Shown: positions 1 to 11,190 of the stretch, piece by piece | Numbering within the stretch: position 1 is the first letter of the stretch | How the letters are laid out: each line of letters opens with the position of its first letter | NCBI RefSeq assembly: GCF_001194135.2 | Contig: NC_068981.1 | Coordinates: 128,320,049-128,360,279 of the forward strand | Length of the DNA stretch: 40,231 nt | From: Octopus bimaculoides | Lineage: Eukaryota | Direction of reading: 5' to 3' | Translations under genes and position numbers: made by a program | The notes under the pieces: model-generated | The model's database searches: none | Told to the model about the DNA's origin: nothing | What the model saw: the letters and a program-made list of their open reading frames with translations, nothing else

Positions 1-10
1 TATATAAATT

Positions 11-42
<32 letters not shown>

Positions 43-120
43 AGTATGTATATATATATCTAAATACTTACATGTAAGCATATATTTATGTAAATCTTGT
101 ACGACTCTATTCTCCTTCTA

Positions 121-781
121 GCAGCCCTTTCACGCTTATTTCGTTCATTCCACTCTTCGTTCTTTCGTTCCCCCTCTCTTACATTTCATTGCCTTCTCTT
201 CCTGCTCACTTTCCCTCCTCTTTTCACTTCACTGCGCCCCTGTCATTTTTTCTTGCCCCTCCTTATTTCTTCTGTCCCTCTGTCTCTACCTCTCTCTCTC
301 TTCTCTCCCCACGTGACCGGTGTTCGGCCAAGCCTGACCTTTCTTTCTTAGTTCAGCCGTTGTCCGTGCAACAGCTATATTCCTCCCTGTGCCTGTCAAA
401 TCATGTATCCCTGCCGTAAGGCTTTACTTCCATACACGCCAGCTTAATTTGATTTGTCCTTAGTCGAAAGACACCTGTTGTTATGTCCTGTTATTTGTAT
501 TTGTGTAAATTTCTCCGTTTTTTCGTCCTTGTTTTCGTATACATTTGCCGCTTTCTTCCAAGGAATCCAGTGCTCTTAGTTTAATTTTTCCTTGGGGATG
601 GCCAGATTGGAGCAATCTCGAGTATAAACAGCCGAAATTGCAAAAATAATCTGGAACTCGACTGAGGAAAGAAAACACCGAATGACACTCCTTGTTTTCT
701 TTGTATTGTCTATCTGGATGTTTTGTTCTCCCTTTCTTGTATCACCTAACTGTCTGAATATTTTGCGTTCTTGTCCCATTT

Positions 782-785
<4 letters not shown>
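121..785. mobile_element. ~670-bp unclassified interspersed repeat (family X), copy 1
   Basis: Collinear with 7684-8375 (shared GTGACCGGTGTTCGGCCAAGCCTGA and TTGGGGATGGCCAGATTGGAGCAATCTCGAGTATAAACAGCCGAAATTGC); flanked by TA-rich microsatellite; no credible ORF. Confidence 0.85.

Positions 786-839
<54 letters not shown>
786..839. repeat. (TA)n microsatellite
   Basis: Direct reading; one of many TA, CA, GA, TACA and GATA tracts in the window. Confidence 0.98.
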
Positions 840-842
<3 letters not shown>

Positions 843-947
843 TCAAAAAAAGACAAAAAACAATAACAAAAAACACGACGTGAGGACGTGATACGGATAG
901 TGTTATTAGACGCTCGGGAAAGGAAAGAGATATATATATCTATGACA

Positions 948-1318
948 GATGAGAGTTCAAAATTTTTAAATTCAGGGGTAAATAGGTAGATAAAATAAAT
1001 ATATAGAGATTCGGGTGTATTCGGGTAAAGGATATTATCTACGGCCGTTTCAGGGGTACAATAAATGTATAAATGGTGTTTTAAGTATTCCAAATACAAT
1101 CTGTCGAATTAATACCATGTAGGATTTCATCCCGAAGGAAACCATCCTGATGAGGGGGCATTATGTTTATGTATTTGGAATTTATACATTTATTATACAT
1201 TTATTATACCCCTGAAACGGCCGTAGATGATATTCTTTACCCGAATTCACCCGAATCTGTATATATTTATTTTATCTACCTATTTACCCCTGAATTTCTT
1301 TAATTTTGAACTCTCATC
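948..1318. mobile_element. Fold-back element with ~150-bp inverted arms, probable Penelope-like inverted pLTR remnant
   Basis: Arm 948-1098 is the reverse complement of arm 1170-1318 with scattered substitutions and one indel; the spacer 1099-1169 carries CTGATGA. Confidence 0.85.
1143..1229 (+). ncRNA. Type I hammerhead ribozyme motif with palindromic helix III and enlarged loop II
   Basis: CAUC(1143-46) CUGAUGA(1147-53) GGGGG ... CCCCU(1209-13) GAAA CGGCCG UA GAUG(1226-29). Helix I is CAUC/GAUG, helix III the palindrome ACGGCCGU, cleavage triplet GUA. Confidence 0.7.
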
Positions 1319-1673
1319 CGATATTTCGTATAAACATCAAATTCGTAATCGATTCGAACAGTTCGTTTTGAAGCCCTTACCTCGATTTTTTCTCTCTATT
1401 TGTCACTTCTCCATTCGGTACATGAACCCAACGTACATGATGCATAGTTTTCACATATGACTTTTACATGTAATTTTGTTCACTGATTTATAAATTTATA
1501 TGTATATTATTTCGTTATCTGTTTTGAATTATGCTTTGGAATTTGTATTGATTGCCTAGATGTGTTCCTTCTATAATTTCCCTTATCCTTTGATTTAGCT
1601 TTCAATGAGCACTTCTTAATACAGTTCATATATCGTGAAGTATATTTAAAAACATACTTTATAAGAAAATTTA

Positions 1674-1711
<38 letters not shown>

Positions 1712-1720
<9 letters not shown>

Positions 1721-1900
1721 ACTTGGGGATGGTCATATTGCCAGTTTAGCCAATAAAAACACACGCACTGTATATTTAGTGTTAATTTGCTTCAGCTTTA
1801 TATTACATTAATCTTAATCTTATTTCGGCCAGAGTTCTTTCGTCACACATCTGTGACCTCATCAGTGGTCCTTTGTTTCCTTCTTTCTTATGTGTGTCTC
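1712..1900 (-). mobile_element. Hammerhead-bearing interspersed repeat (family Y), copy 1
   Basis: Collinear with 39470-39665 (TTGGGGATGGTCAT.TTGCCAGTTTAGCCAATAAAAACACACGCAC ... TTTCGGCCAGAGTTCTTTCGTCACAC). Confidence 0.85.
1827..1871 (-). ncRNA. Type I hammerhead-like motif (CUGAUGA-N variant)
   Basis: Minus strand reads GGACCA CUGAUGA G GUCACA gaug UGUGAC GAAA GAAC UC UGGCC: 6-bp helix II, bulged 5-bp helix I, short imperfect helix III. Confidence 0.6.
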
Positions 1901-2014
1901 ACCTTGCTAACTATCAGCCATTTTGTATTTTGTATTCCTATTGTATGTGTCTACGCATGCGTGTCCTTCAATGTGTCTGTGTCTGTGTCTTTTGTAAGTG
2001 CATGTGTGTATGGG

Positions 2015-2474
2015 NNNNNNNNNNNNNNNNNNNNNNNNNNNNNNNNNNNNNNNNNNNNNNNNNNNNNNNNNNNNNNNNNNNNNNNNNNNNNNNNNNNNNN
2101 NNNNNNNNNNNNNNNNNNNNNNNNNNNNNNNNNNNNNNNNNNNNNNNNNNNNNNNNNNNNNNNNNNNNNNNNNNNNNNNNNNNNNNNNNNNNNNNNNNNN
2201 NNNNNNNNNNNNNNNNNNNNNNNNNNNNNNNNNNNNNNNNNNNNNNNNNNNNNNNNNNNNNNNNNNNNNNNNNNNNNNNNNNNNNNNNNNNNNNNNNNNN
2301 NNNNNNNNNNNNNNNNNNNNNNNNNNNNNNNNNNNNNNNNNNNNNNNNNNNNNNNNNNNNNNNNNNNNNNNNNNNNNNNNNNNNNNNNNNNNNNNNNNNN
2401 NNNNNNNNNNNNNNNNNNNNNNNNNNNNNNNNNNNNNNNNNNNNNNNNNNNNNNNNNNNNNNNNNNNNNNNNNN
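2015..2474. other. Assembly gap (one of 13 N-runs, about 4 kb in total)
   Basis: Runs of N, almost all bordered by microsatellites or SINEs. Confidence 0.99.
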
Positions 2475-3793
2475 TATATATATATATATATATATATATT
2501 ATGCGTTCAAAATTAATGACGAAAATAACTAAGGGCAACATAAACACAATGTGTAATTATTAGTTTGACGATCAATGCGGGATTAAAAACAAAGTGTTTT
2601 GACGCTTCGGGTTTAAGTTCCTCGTCAAAAAGTTAGTATTAAAAAAGAAAACAGTGCAAGAAGAAATGAAAGCAGGAGTAACGGGAAAATATCATTTTGT
2701 ATCAAGTCATGTTTAAAATGGGAAGTTAAATGACCAGAAGTGTTACTGAAAGAAAGAAGTTTCATTCAAACAAGCTCAACAGGGAGATAACTGAAAATGA
2801 TGTATGTGAGCATGTGAAAAAGGATGTGGTTTAGTTTGAGAATTGTGAATCTTATATATGTACTGGTACCTATCGGTGCAGTGGACGTATGTGCGTATGT
2901 CTGTAGGTGTATATGTGTTTGTGCATGTTTTTAAAGATATTAACAAGGTGTTTTAAATGATAGTTTAAATGATAGTTTAACATGTATGTATATATGAATA
3001 TAAGTATATTGTGAATCCAATGCGGGTGACTGGCTTTGGACTATGTGTGTGCGTTGTGACGTGCATTTATGGAAGGCTTTTGGGAATGATATACAAGCCA
3101 AGTGTAAATCTCACTGCGTATGCATTTATGCCGTAGCACTGAAATAGTGCTCAAATAATTATAGGTAGAGTCTAAAGCGATAAGTCCAGATGAGCAGATT
3201 TCTCATCAGTTCAGCGAAGATGTTTTCTGTTGCGCTAATCTTTAGTGTTGTGTTGATATCTGCTCAACTATTGTGTATAATTTATGTACTCTGTCCCAAG
3301 TCATGGTGTGTGTATAAGTATATATCAAGTACGTAAGTATGTATGCACACGTGCGTATGTTTTTGTGATTGGAACATGGGCGTTCGACATAGCAAAAACA
3401 CTTGCTAAAGCTACAAACGAATAAGCAGCTCTACGAAAGAATGAAATGAATAAATGTAAAATGGACTTACAAGAAACTCTGTGCACGGCAATAAATTGAA
3501 CTTATATAGACAGGCTAAGTAATGTTATTTATAACCTAACAATGATAGTAACGAGGCAAATCAGACTCAATCCTAAAAGGGTTATACCTCAACCAAACTG
3601 AACTTCGAAAAATGGAAAGAAAATATGATACATAAAACTGATATATTAAATTGCTAGAAAGCTAAAACCTCGTCTTAGTTTACGAAATAGAAAAGAAGGG
3701 ATCTAATGTGAAAAATTACTTAAATAGCGAAAGAGTATATAATACTTGAGAAAACTGAAAAAGGGACTGAATAATAAAAACTCTCACCACAGA

Positions 3794-4033
3794 CTGAGAA
3801 GCTCAGGTCTCAACTCTGAAGGTTTTGGCACTGCAGCATATCATGAAAACCTTCTCACCAGAAACTACTACAACTGTAGGAAATACTTATACAGACTTCA
3901 TGTACACTTATAACGGAATTGAAGATTTAATACACTGGAATTATATCAGCATTATGAAATTTTAACAGGAAAGCAGTAGCATAAGCATATACCAGGAAAG
4001 GTCATAGTGAATGACAAACTGACTGTGGTCTAG
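3794..4033 (+). mobile_element. Heavily decayed R4/Dong-type (RLE) non-LTR retrotransposon fragment
   Basis: Translates LRSSGLNSEGFGTAAYHENLLTRNY and KHIPGKVIVNDKLTVV*, resembling the ETEGF..AAQDQ.L.TRNY and H.P.KV.END...(W) motifs of R4-clade elements. Confidence 0.5.
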
Positions 4034-4070
4034 GATATATTAATTTATACAGATCGAGAGATGAACATAA

Positions 4071-4272
4071 AATTGATTTCAAATTTTGTCACAAGGATAG
4101 CCATTTCAACGAAGAGGGTAAGTCGATAACACCAACCCTCAGTGTTCAACTGGTACTTATTTTATCAACCCAGAAATGATGAAAAGCAAAGTCGACCTCG
4201 GCGGAATTTGAACTCAGAACGTAAAGGCGGACGAAATACCTCTAAACATTTTGCCCGGCATGTTATAACTCT
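4071..4272 (-). mobile_element. tRNA-derived SINE, family A (Meta-domain-like core)
   Basis: Reverse complement of the GAGTTCAAATTCCGCCGAGGTCGACTTTGC...GATAAAATAAGTACCAG core. Confidence 0.9.
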
Positions 4273-4521
4273 CACGAAAATAAAAAATGTAAAATTATCC
4301 AAACATTAAAGATTTAGAAATAGAGATAACCAAAATATGAAAATTGTAAGCAGAAACAATAGCTACTCTAATTGGTACTTTGGGAATGATCTTAAAAAAT
4401 ACAAACAAATGAATAACCATTTTCAGTACAAGAGAAAATTCAAAACCGATGCACGCACCCAAGACATACTGATTGTGCTCGTTTGCTAAATTGCTAAAGC
4501 ATGCAACAAAAAATGATTTCT

Positions 4522-4743
4522 TTTATGTTTTACTTGTTTCAAGGTTACCGCCTTAAAGAATTTTTTAGTCGAATGTATCGACCCCAGTACTTATCTTTTT
4601 TTATAAGCCTGGTTCTTATTCTATCAGTCTTTATTGCTGAACCGCTAAGTTACGGGGACGTAAATACACTACACCAGCAGTGGTAGGAAGGACAAACACA
4701 GACACAAACGCACACACACACACACACACATATGTATATATAC

Positions 4744-4776
<33 letters not shown>

Positions 4777-4931
4777 CGATGAGCTTCTTTCAGTTTCCGT
4801 CTACCAAATCCACTCGCAAGGCTTTGGTCGGCTTGAGGTTATAGAAAGAAGATACTTGCCTATGGTGCTACGCGGTAGGACTGAGCCCTAACCATGTGGT
4901 TGGGAAGCAAGCTTCTTACCACACAGCCATG
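4522..4931 (-). mobile_element. tRNA-derived CORE-like SINE, family B, near full length with internal microsatellite
   Basis: TCCGTCTACCAAATCCACTC...AACCATGTGGTTGGGAAGCAAGCTTCTTACCACACAGCC head; internal CA/TACA/TA tract. Confidence 0.9.
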
Positions 4932-6012
4932 TTGAAATAATAATATTAATGGCTCCTTTTGTAGGTATTTACCGACACAAGTGACGAAGATTATGATGAA
5001 ATATATCAAGTCTTTTCATTCCGTTAAGAAGATTAAGTTGATCACAACGGATCAAAACAGAACAAGAGATTAAAAATGCAATATAAAAAAAACTGCCGTT
5101 GTTATCGCAAAAATTTCCATTACATAATATTTTGCTTCGAATATCGTTCATATTCACACGAATGGACAGAGTTCAAATTTATGAAAAATGTTCATGAGAA
5201 AATTAAAGTGTCTCAAATAACAGTTAATGCAAGTCTAGAACGATGCGCATATCAGTCAAAATGTGTGCATGCGTGTGTTTTTGTGTATGCGTGTATGTGC
5301 GGGCGCGCATCTGTGTCTGAGAGAGATAGAAATAGAAGTAGAGAGAGGGAGAGAGAGAACAAGAGAGAGAGAGAGAGAAAGACAGCAGTTATGGTACCTT
5401 GAGATTTCGAAAATTCGTGCAGCGAAGTCAGCTTGCAAATTATTCGATTCTCTTGAACTGATTAAAAAGAAATTGTTCTTTTCATAGATTTTACTAAGCT
5501 CCAATTGAAGTTCTCTTAAGCAAACGCATCAAAAGTAGTAATTCTGATTGACTGAAAATAGCCACACAAACAACTGTTACCTACGATATGATTGTTCTGC
5601 TTGCATAATGGGACAAGTGAAATTAGATATTTCTGTGTGAGTCGAAATGCCTAAGAACCCATTTTGAAGATTCTGTACCGATTTTATCAAGAGAGACATC
5701 AAACTAAGTAGTGAAATGGAAATAACTCATTGGGTAACTTCATAGACAGAGACGTGTCATGAACGTTGTGTACGTAGATGAAAGAAGCAGTGGGTTTGCA
5801 GGTCCAAGGTCACACATTTTGTAAAGGTGAACTGTTGATTATATCGTACCAGTATTTGACTAACATTTTCTTATCGACCCTAGAAGACGATAGGAAGCTT
5901 TCGACTGATTCTTTGATTTGCCACATGGGTAAGAAAAAGCATCAAGGACATACTTGAATATTATCATAAAAAATACAAATGAATAAAATGTGATATATGA
6001 ATGTATGTGTGT

Positions 6013-6968
6013 ATGTCATTATTCAGTCTATTTCAAGATTTCTTGCCAATAGAGAAAGAACCGGTTTCTAACCTAGATCCAAGGTTTCTTCGTTGGAATT
6101 TCAACATCAACAACAGGGTATTTTTGTGTGTATGTATGTATGTATGTATGTATGTATGTATTCTCATGTATATAGTTACATATCTAGACATGCTCATATA
6201 TATATTTAAATGATAAACTTCTGGAAAGTTTTACAGATCTTTACAGTTCCAGTGATGGACTGGACTGTAGCCTTCGAATTAGCTGTCTCCTTTCTGATTT
6301 TGAGAAGCCTAATTTCTCAAGAGTGGTATTTATGCAGTGTGTTACATATCTCAGGGCCCAAATAATTACAGGTATAAACTTGTATCTTTAATCTAGGTAG
6401 AGTAACTGCAGATTTCTCAATAGTTCAGCATAGATGTTCTCCTTTTCACTGATCTTCAGGTTTATGTTAACATCCGCTGGGCAGCTAATTTCCACAACTA
6501 TGCACAGTTTCTCTTCTCTATCCCAAATCATTATATCAGATCTATTGTACTTACATGTTACTGAGGTCTTCACTGGGACTTTCCGCCAGTATTCCTTTTT
6601 ATTATGAGTAGCTATGGCCTCTGCCATATTGTGGGTTCTTATTTCTTTTTCCACGGGATTATCCATCCGACAGATTTCAATATAGAATGTCCTAGCTACA
6701 ACATGTCTCATCGGTAGATAATACCGTGATGACATTTTCGGACAACTGCTTATGATGTGGGTGATATCTTCAGTATGAACCCCACAAAGTCTGCATCGGT
6801 TGTCACATTTTACTGCTTTTCTTGCATCTCTATCCCTTTTGCGCATCAAGTACTTGGTTGACATTTCCTCTTCTTGGATTGAAAACGCATGTCCTTCAAA
6901 GTGGGAGGTAGTAATCCGGCTATTGGTCCATGATAAACTGCTGTGATGATCGATGTTATTATCATAAC
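6013..6968 (-). mobile_element. 5'-truncated R4/Dong-clade RLE non-LTR retrotransposon (zinc knuckle, restriction-like endonuclease, 3' UTR)
   Basis: ORF 6388-7218 contains CRLCGVHTEDITHIISSCP (CCHC knuckle) and NRSDIMIWD...VVEISCPAD...KISEKEN (PD-(D/E)xK-type); continues with frameshifts to KTFQKFII*. Confidence 0.9.
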
Positions 6969-7303
6969 GTATGTATGTATGTATGTATGTATGTATGAGC
7001 GCCGGGACGAAGAAATATCCGGGTTGGTGATCGATGGCGCAGTAAGCCCACTGTGAGTGAGAGACACCTGGTTTTTGTTCAGGCATCTTTCTAGGAGAAA
7101 GTTTATTTGTATATAAAACCCGTTTCTCTACAAAGCCGGATATCTTGCATTTTGCTTTGTCTCTGGGTTTGTTGGCATGGCTAGTGACAGTCGTTGTGGT
7201 GTTGTACAAGTCGCACACGACTTAAAACCCTTGCACGGGCATTGCTGACACTACCTATCAGTGATGGTCATGCTCCTCTAACGAGTAGACAGCCATCTTA
7301 TCA

Positions 7304-7358
<55 letters not shown>

Positions 7359-7447
7359 ATTGAGACAGACAGAGACGAGACAGAGATGTATGTGTGAAAG
7401 AAATGACTATATCTTCATTGAAATGTGGAGCTTTTCAATTCGGAGAA

Positions 7448-7655
7448 TCAGCTTTGACTATATCTTTTATCTTTTACTTGTTTCAGTCATTAGACTGTGG
7501 CCATGCTGGGGCACTACCTTGAAGGATTTTAGTTGAACAAATCAACCGCAAGATTATTTTTAAGCCTGACATTTATTTTTCTCCCTCTTTTGNNNNNNNN
7601 NNNNNNNNNNNNNNNCAACACCGGTTGTGAAGTGGTGGTAAGGAAACAAATACAG
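7448..7655 (-). mobile_element. SINE family B, 3' part
   Basis: TTATCTTTTACTTGTTTCAGTCATTAGACTGTGGCCATGCTGGGGCAC tail; interrupted by an N-gap. Confidence 0.8.
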
Positions 7656-7683
<28 letters not shown>

Positions 7684-7686
<3 letters not shown>

Positions 7687-8375
7687 CCCCTTCACACTTC
7701 GTTCATTCCACTCTTCGTTCTTTCGTTCCCCCTCTCTCACATTTCCTGGCCTTCTCTTCATGCTCACCTTCCCTCTTTCACTCTGTCCCTTTCATTTTTT
7801 TCTCGCCACTCCTTAATTTTTCTATCCTTCTGCCTCTACCTCTCTCTCTTTTCTCCTCTATGTGACCGGTGTTCGGCCAAGCCTGAACTTTCTTTCTTGG
7901 TGTGGCTACCATCCGTGCAACATCTATATTCCTCCCTGTGCCTGTCAAATCTTATGTCCTTGCCGTAACACTTTGCTTTCACACACCAGCTTAATTAAAT
8001 TCGTCCTTAGTCGAAAAGCACCCGTTGATATGTCCTGTTATTTGTATTTGTGTGCCATTTCTCCGTTTTTTTCCGTTTTTGTTTTCGTATACATTCGCTG
8101 CTTTCTTCCAAGGAAACTAGTGCTCTTAGCTTAGTTTTTCCTTGGGGATGGCCAGATTGGAGCAATCTCGAGTATAAACAGCCGAAATTGCAAAGATAAT
8201 CTGGAACTCGACTGAGGAAAGAAAACTCCGAATGACCTTCCTTGTTTTCTTTGTATCGTCTGTCTGGATGTTTCGTTGTCCCTTTTTTTGTATCACCTAA
8301 CTGTCTTGATGTTTCGTTGTCCCTTTTTTTGTATCACCTAACTGTCTTGATGTTTTGCGTTCTTGTCCCATTTTT
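7684..8375. mobile_element. Family X repeat, copy 2, with internal 41-bp tandem duplication (8267-8348)
   Basis: Collinear with 121-785; starts directly after (TA)n. Confidence 0.85.
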
Positions 8376-8432
8376 ATATTTTTTATATATAAAAATATAG
8401 CTGCGTACGTACATTTTGGTCTCTTATATGTA

Positions 8433-8595
8433 TATATCCGGACTTCTTTCATTTTCCGTCTACCAAATCCACTCACAAATCTTTGGTCGATCCGAGGTTA
8501 TTGTAGAAGACACTTGCACAAGGTACCACGTAGTAGGACTGAACCTGGAACCATGTGGTTGGAAACAAGCTTCTCATCACACAGCCAGCCTGTTA
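8433..8595 (-). mobile_element. SINE family B, 5' half
   Basis: TCCGTCTACCAAATCCACTCACAA...GGAACCATGTGGTTGG...CACAGCC. Confidence 0.9.
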
Positions 8596-8771
8596 TAACA
8601 TTTTAAAAAATACTTTTTTAATCATCTTTGTCATATTTTGACACGTAAAACTCTTCTACAATTTCACATTCATTTATACAAATGTGTTTCAATGAATTTC
8701 TTGTTTCTTGTTTATATTTTTGATTTTTTTAGTCTGTATATGTATGTGTACATGTATATGTATGTATGTAT

Positions 8772-8812
<41 letters not shown>

Positions 8813-8821
8813 TATATATAT

Positions 8822-8861
<40 letters not shown>

Positions 8862-9247
8862 NNNNNNNNNNNNNNNNNNNNNNNNNNNNNNNNNNNNNNN
8901 NNNNNNNNNNNNNNNNNNNNNNNNNNNNNNNNNNNNNNNNNNNNNNNNNNNNNNNNNNNNNNNNNNNNNNNNNNNNNNNNNNNNNNNNNNNNNNNNNNNN
9001 NNNNNNNNNNNNNNNNNNNNNNNNNNNNNNNNNNNNNNNNNNNNNNNNNNNNNNNNNNNNNNNNNNNNNNNNNNNNNNNNNNNNNNNNNNNNNNNNNNNN
9101 NNNNNNNNNNNNNNNNNNNNNNNNNNNNNNNNNNNNNNNNNNNNNNNNNNNNNNNNNNNNNNNNTCTAGAATCAGTAGCATTCGCCGCCAGGTACTAGCT
9201 TTTTATCTTCTCTAGAAACAAAGATAATTTTCAAGACATCAAGAATA

Positions 9248-9286
<39 letters not shown>

Positions 9287-9574
9287 CATACATACATACA
9301 TACATACATACATACATACATACATACACACACACAGCTATACAAGTATATACAGACACAGACACACACAAATACATATATATGTACACGTATATTTACA
9401 TACTTATACATATATGTATATGTAGAAATGCATATGTACAAATGCGTGTATGTATTTGTGTGTGTGTCTGTGTGTGTATAAATGTATATACACGGAAAAT
9501 TTTGACGGTGATGTCGAAAGTTGAGCTCACTAGCCGTCATCATGCAGGTTCCTTGCGAAAGTAAATATGTAGTC

Positions 9575-9720
9575 ACAGGCGTAGCAGTATGACAGGAAGG
9601 TTGCTTCCCAACTATATGGTTTGGGGTTCAGTCCCATTGTATGACACCTAGGGCGAGTGTCTTTTCCTAAAGCCTCAGGCCGACCAAAGCCTTGTGAGTG
9701 GATTTGGTAGACGGAAACTT
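9575..9720 (+). mobile_element. SINE family B, 5' half
   Basis: GGTTCAGTCCC B-box followed by GCCGACCAAAGCCTTGTGAGTGGATTTGGTAGACGGAAACT. Confidence 0.9.
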
Positions 9721-9823
9721 GTGTGTGCGTGCATGTTTATATGTATATATATGTGTGTATATGTATGTGTATATGTATGTATATATATATATATGTACAT
9801 ATATGTGTGTATGTGTGTGTGTA

Positions 9824-9858
<35 letters not shown>

Positions 9859-9914
9859 CACACACACGTACATACATATATGCATATATTTATACTTAGA
9901 TATGTTTGCATTTT

Positions 9915-10052
9915 TAAGCGTTTGTTTCCCAACCACATGGTTCTAGGTTATTCGCTCCCACTTCGTGGCACCTTGGGTGTCTTCTACCATAGCTTCGAGC
10001 CGACCAATGCTTTGTTAGTGGATTTGATAGATAGAAAATGAAAGAAGCCATT
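9915..10052 (+). mobile_element. SINE family B fragment followed by (GATA)n
   Basis: CCCAACCACATGGTTC...GGCACCTTGGG...GCCGACCAATGCTTTGTTAGTGGATTTG. Confidence 0.85.
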
Positions 10053-10110
10053 CGGATAGATAGATAGATAGATAGATAGNNNNNNNNNNGAAAATGAAAG
10101 AAGCCATTCG

Positions 10111-10182
<72 letters not shown>

Positions 10183-10184
<2 letters not shown>

Positions 10185-10410
10185 GGGTCGGTTGAAAAAT
10201 TTCCAAGATATTCTTAAAGAATGTGACCAAATGAGGTGTTTTTTTTTATCATAGTTCCCCTAGCAGTTCACATACCTTTTCCATAGGTGTTGCAGAGTTT
10301 GGATCCCATTCCTATAGAAGCTTTCATCCAGTTGGTCAAAAAAATCATCAACAGCAGATATGACGTCATCAGCATTGCGATTCTGGTTCTCATCCAAGTA
10401 TATTTTCATT
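10183..10410 (-). mobile_element. Mariner transposon 3' end remnant
   Basis: Minus strand translates VDDFFDQLDESFYRNGIQTLQHLWKRYVNC*GNYDKK (mariner C-terminus); TIR-like GGGTCGGTTGAAAA at 10185. Confidence 0.8.
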
Positions 10411-10975
10411 TATGGGAATAGAGGAGGAGGAGGACTGCGAAGTCCAATCTTCGTTCTCGCGTATAAAACCTGATTGGAGTATATTTAGCGCGCGATATTT
10501 TTCTTTGAGTATAAAATATAGTCGTTTGGTTTTAATAAGGGATCCGCAATAAAAAGCACTAACTTGAAAGATGTGTTAGTAGAAATACTAGAAGAAACAT
10601 AGGAAGATAACGCCGCTGACATGTTAGCGGTGAATGTAACTTTTTCTTAAATGCAAACAATATAAGTTGTATTAATTATGCTAAGGTGCATGTTCTACAG
10701 CCTGAGGGTACGTAAGCCTTTCGATGAGCTCGAGAGGTAAGATGCGGAAACAGACATGCAATATAGCTTCTTTCGATAGATGGAGACGTTGGAACAACTG
10801 TCAGTAGAAGAGATAAAGTGATGTGAAACCTTAATATGTTACTTATATGACAGCTGCGCAAATGGCAAATTTGCGGAACAGGATGGTTTGCACTCATGCT
10901 TTATTCGAACGTGCAAGATTTCTTTCTTTTCCTGTCCTGGTGGTCATTTACCGCAACTGGTATTATTTCCAGAAG

Positions 10976-11190
10976 AAGGCGACAAGCTGGCAGAATCGTG
11001 AGCACGCCGGACAAAATGCTTTGCAGCATTTCGTTCATCTTTACGTTCCGAGTTCAAATTCTGCCGAGGCCTGCTTTGCCTTTCATCCCTTCGGGGTTCG
11101 ATGAAATAAGTACTAATTGAACACTGGGGTCAATGTAATCGACTAACCCTTTCCCCAAAAGTTTCAGGCTTTGTGCCTGTAGGAGAAAGA
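10976..11190 (+). mobile_element. SINE family A with 12-bp TSD
   Basis: AAGGCGACAAGCTGGCAGAATCG head; TSD ATTATTTCCAGA at 10962-10973 and 11191-11202. Confidence 0.92.

Noticed and set aside
659-690. CTGAGGA...CCGAAT in family X (also at 8209-8240) as a hammerhead
   Set aside because: Both copies have GAAT instead of GAAA, and neither has a convincing helix II or III.
3187-3209. CAGATGAG/CTCATCAG mini-hairpin containing CTGATGA on the minus strand
   Set aside because: No GAAA half and only an 8-bp stem.
6969-7218. N-terminal half of the 276-aa ORF 6388-7218
   Set aside because: Reads through a (CATA)n tract into unrelated sequence; only the part below 6968 resembles an RLE retrotransposon.
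10034-10130. Direct repeat on both sides of a 10-N gap
   Set aside because: Typical unmerged contig overlap.
10611-10632. Near-palindrome CGCCGCTGACATGTTAGCGGTG as a Helitron end
   Set aside because: The nearest CTAG is about 20 nt away and no matching 5' end was found.
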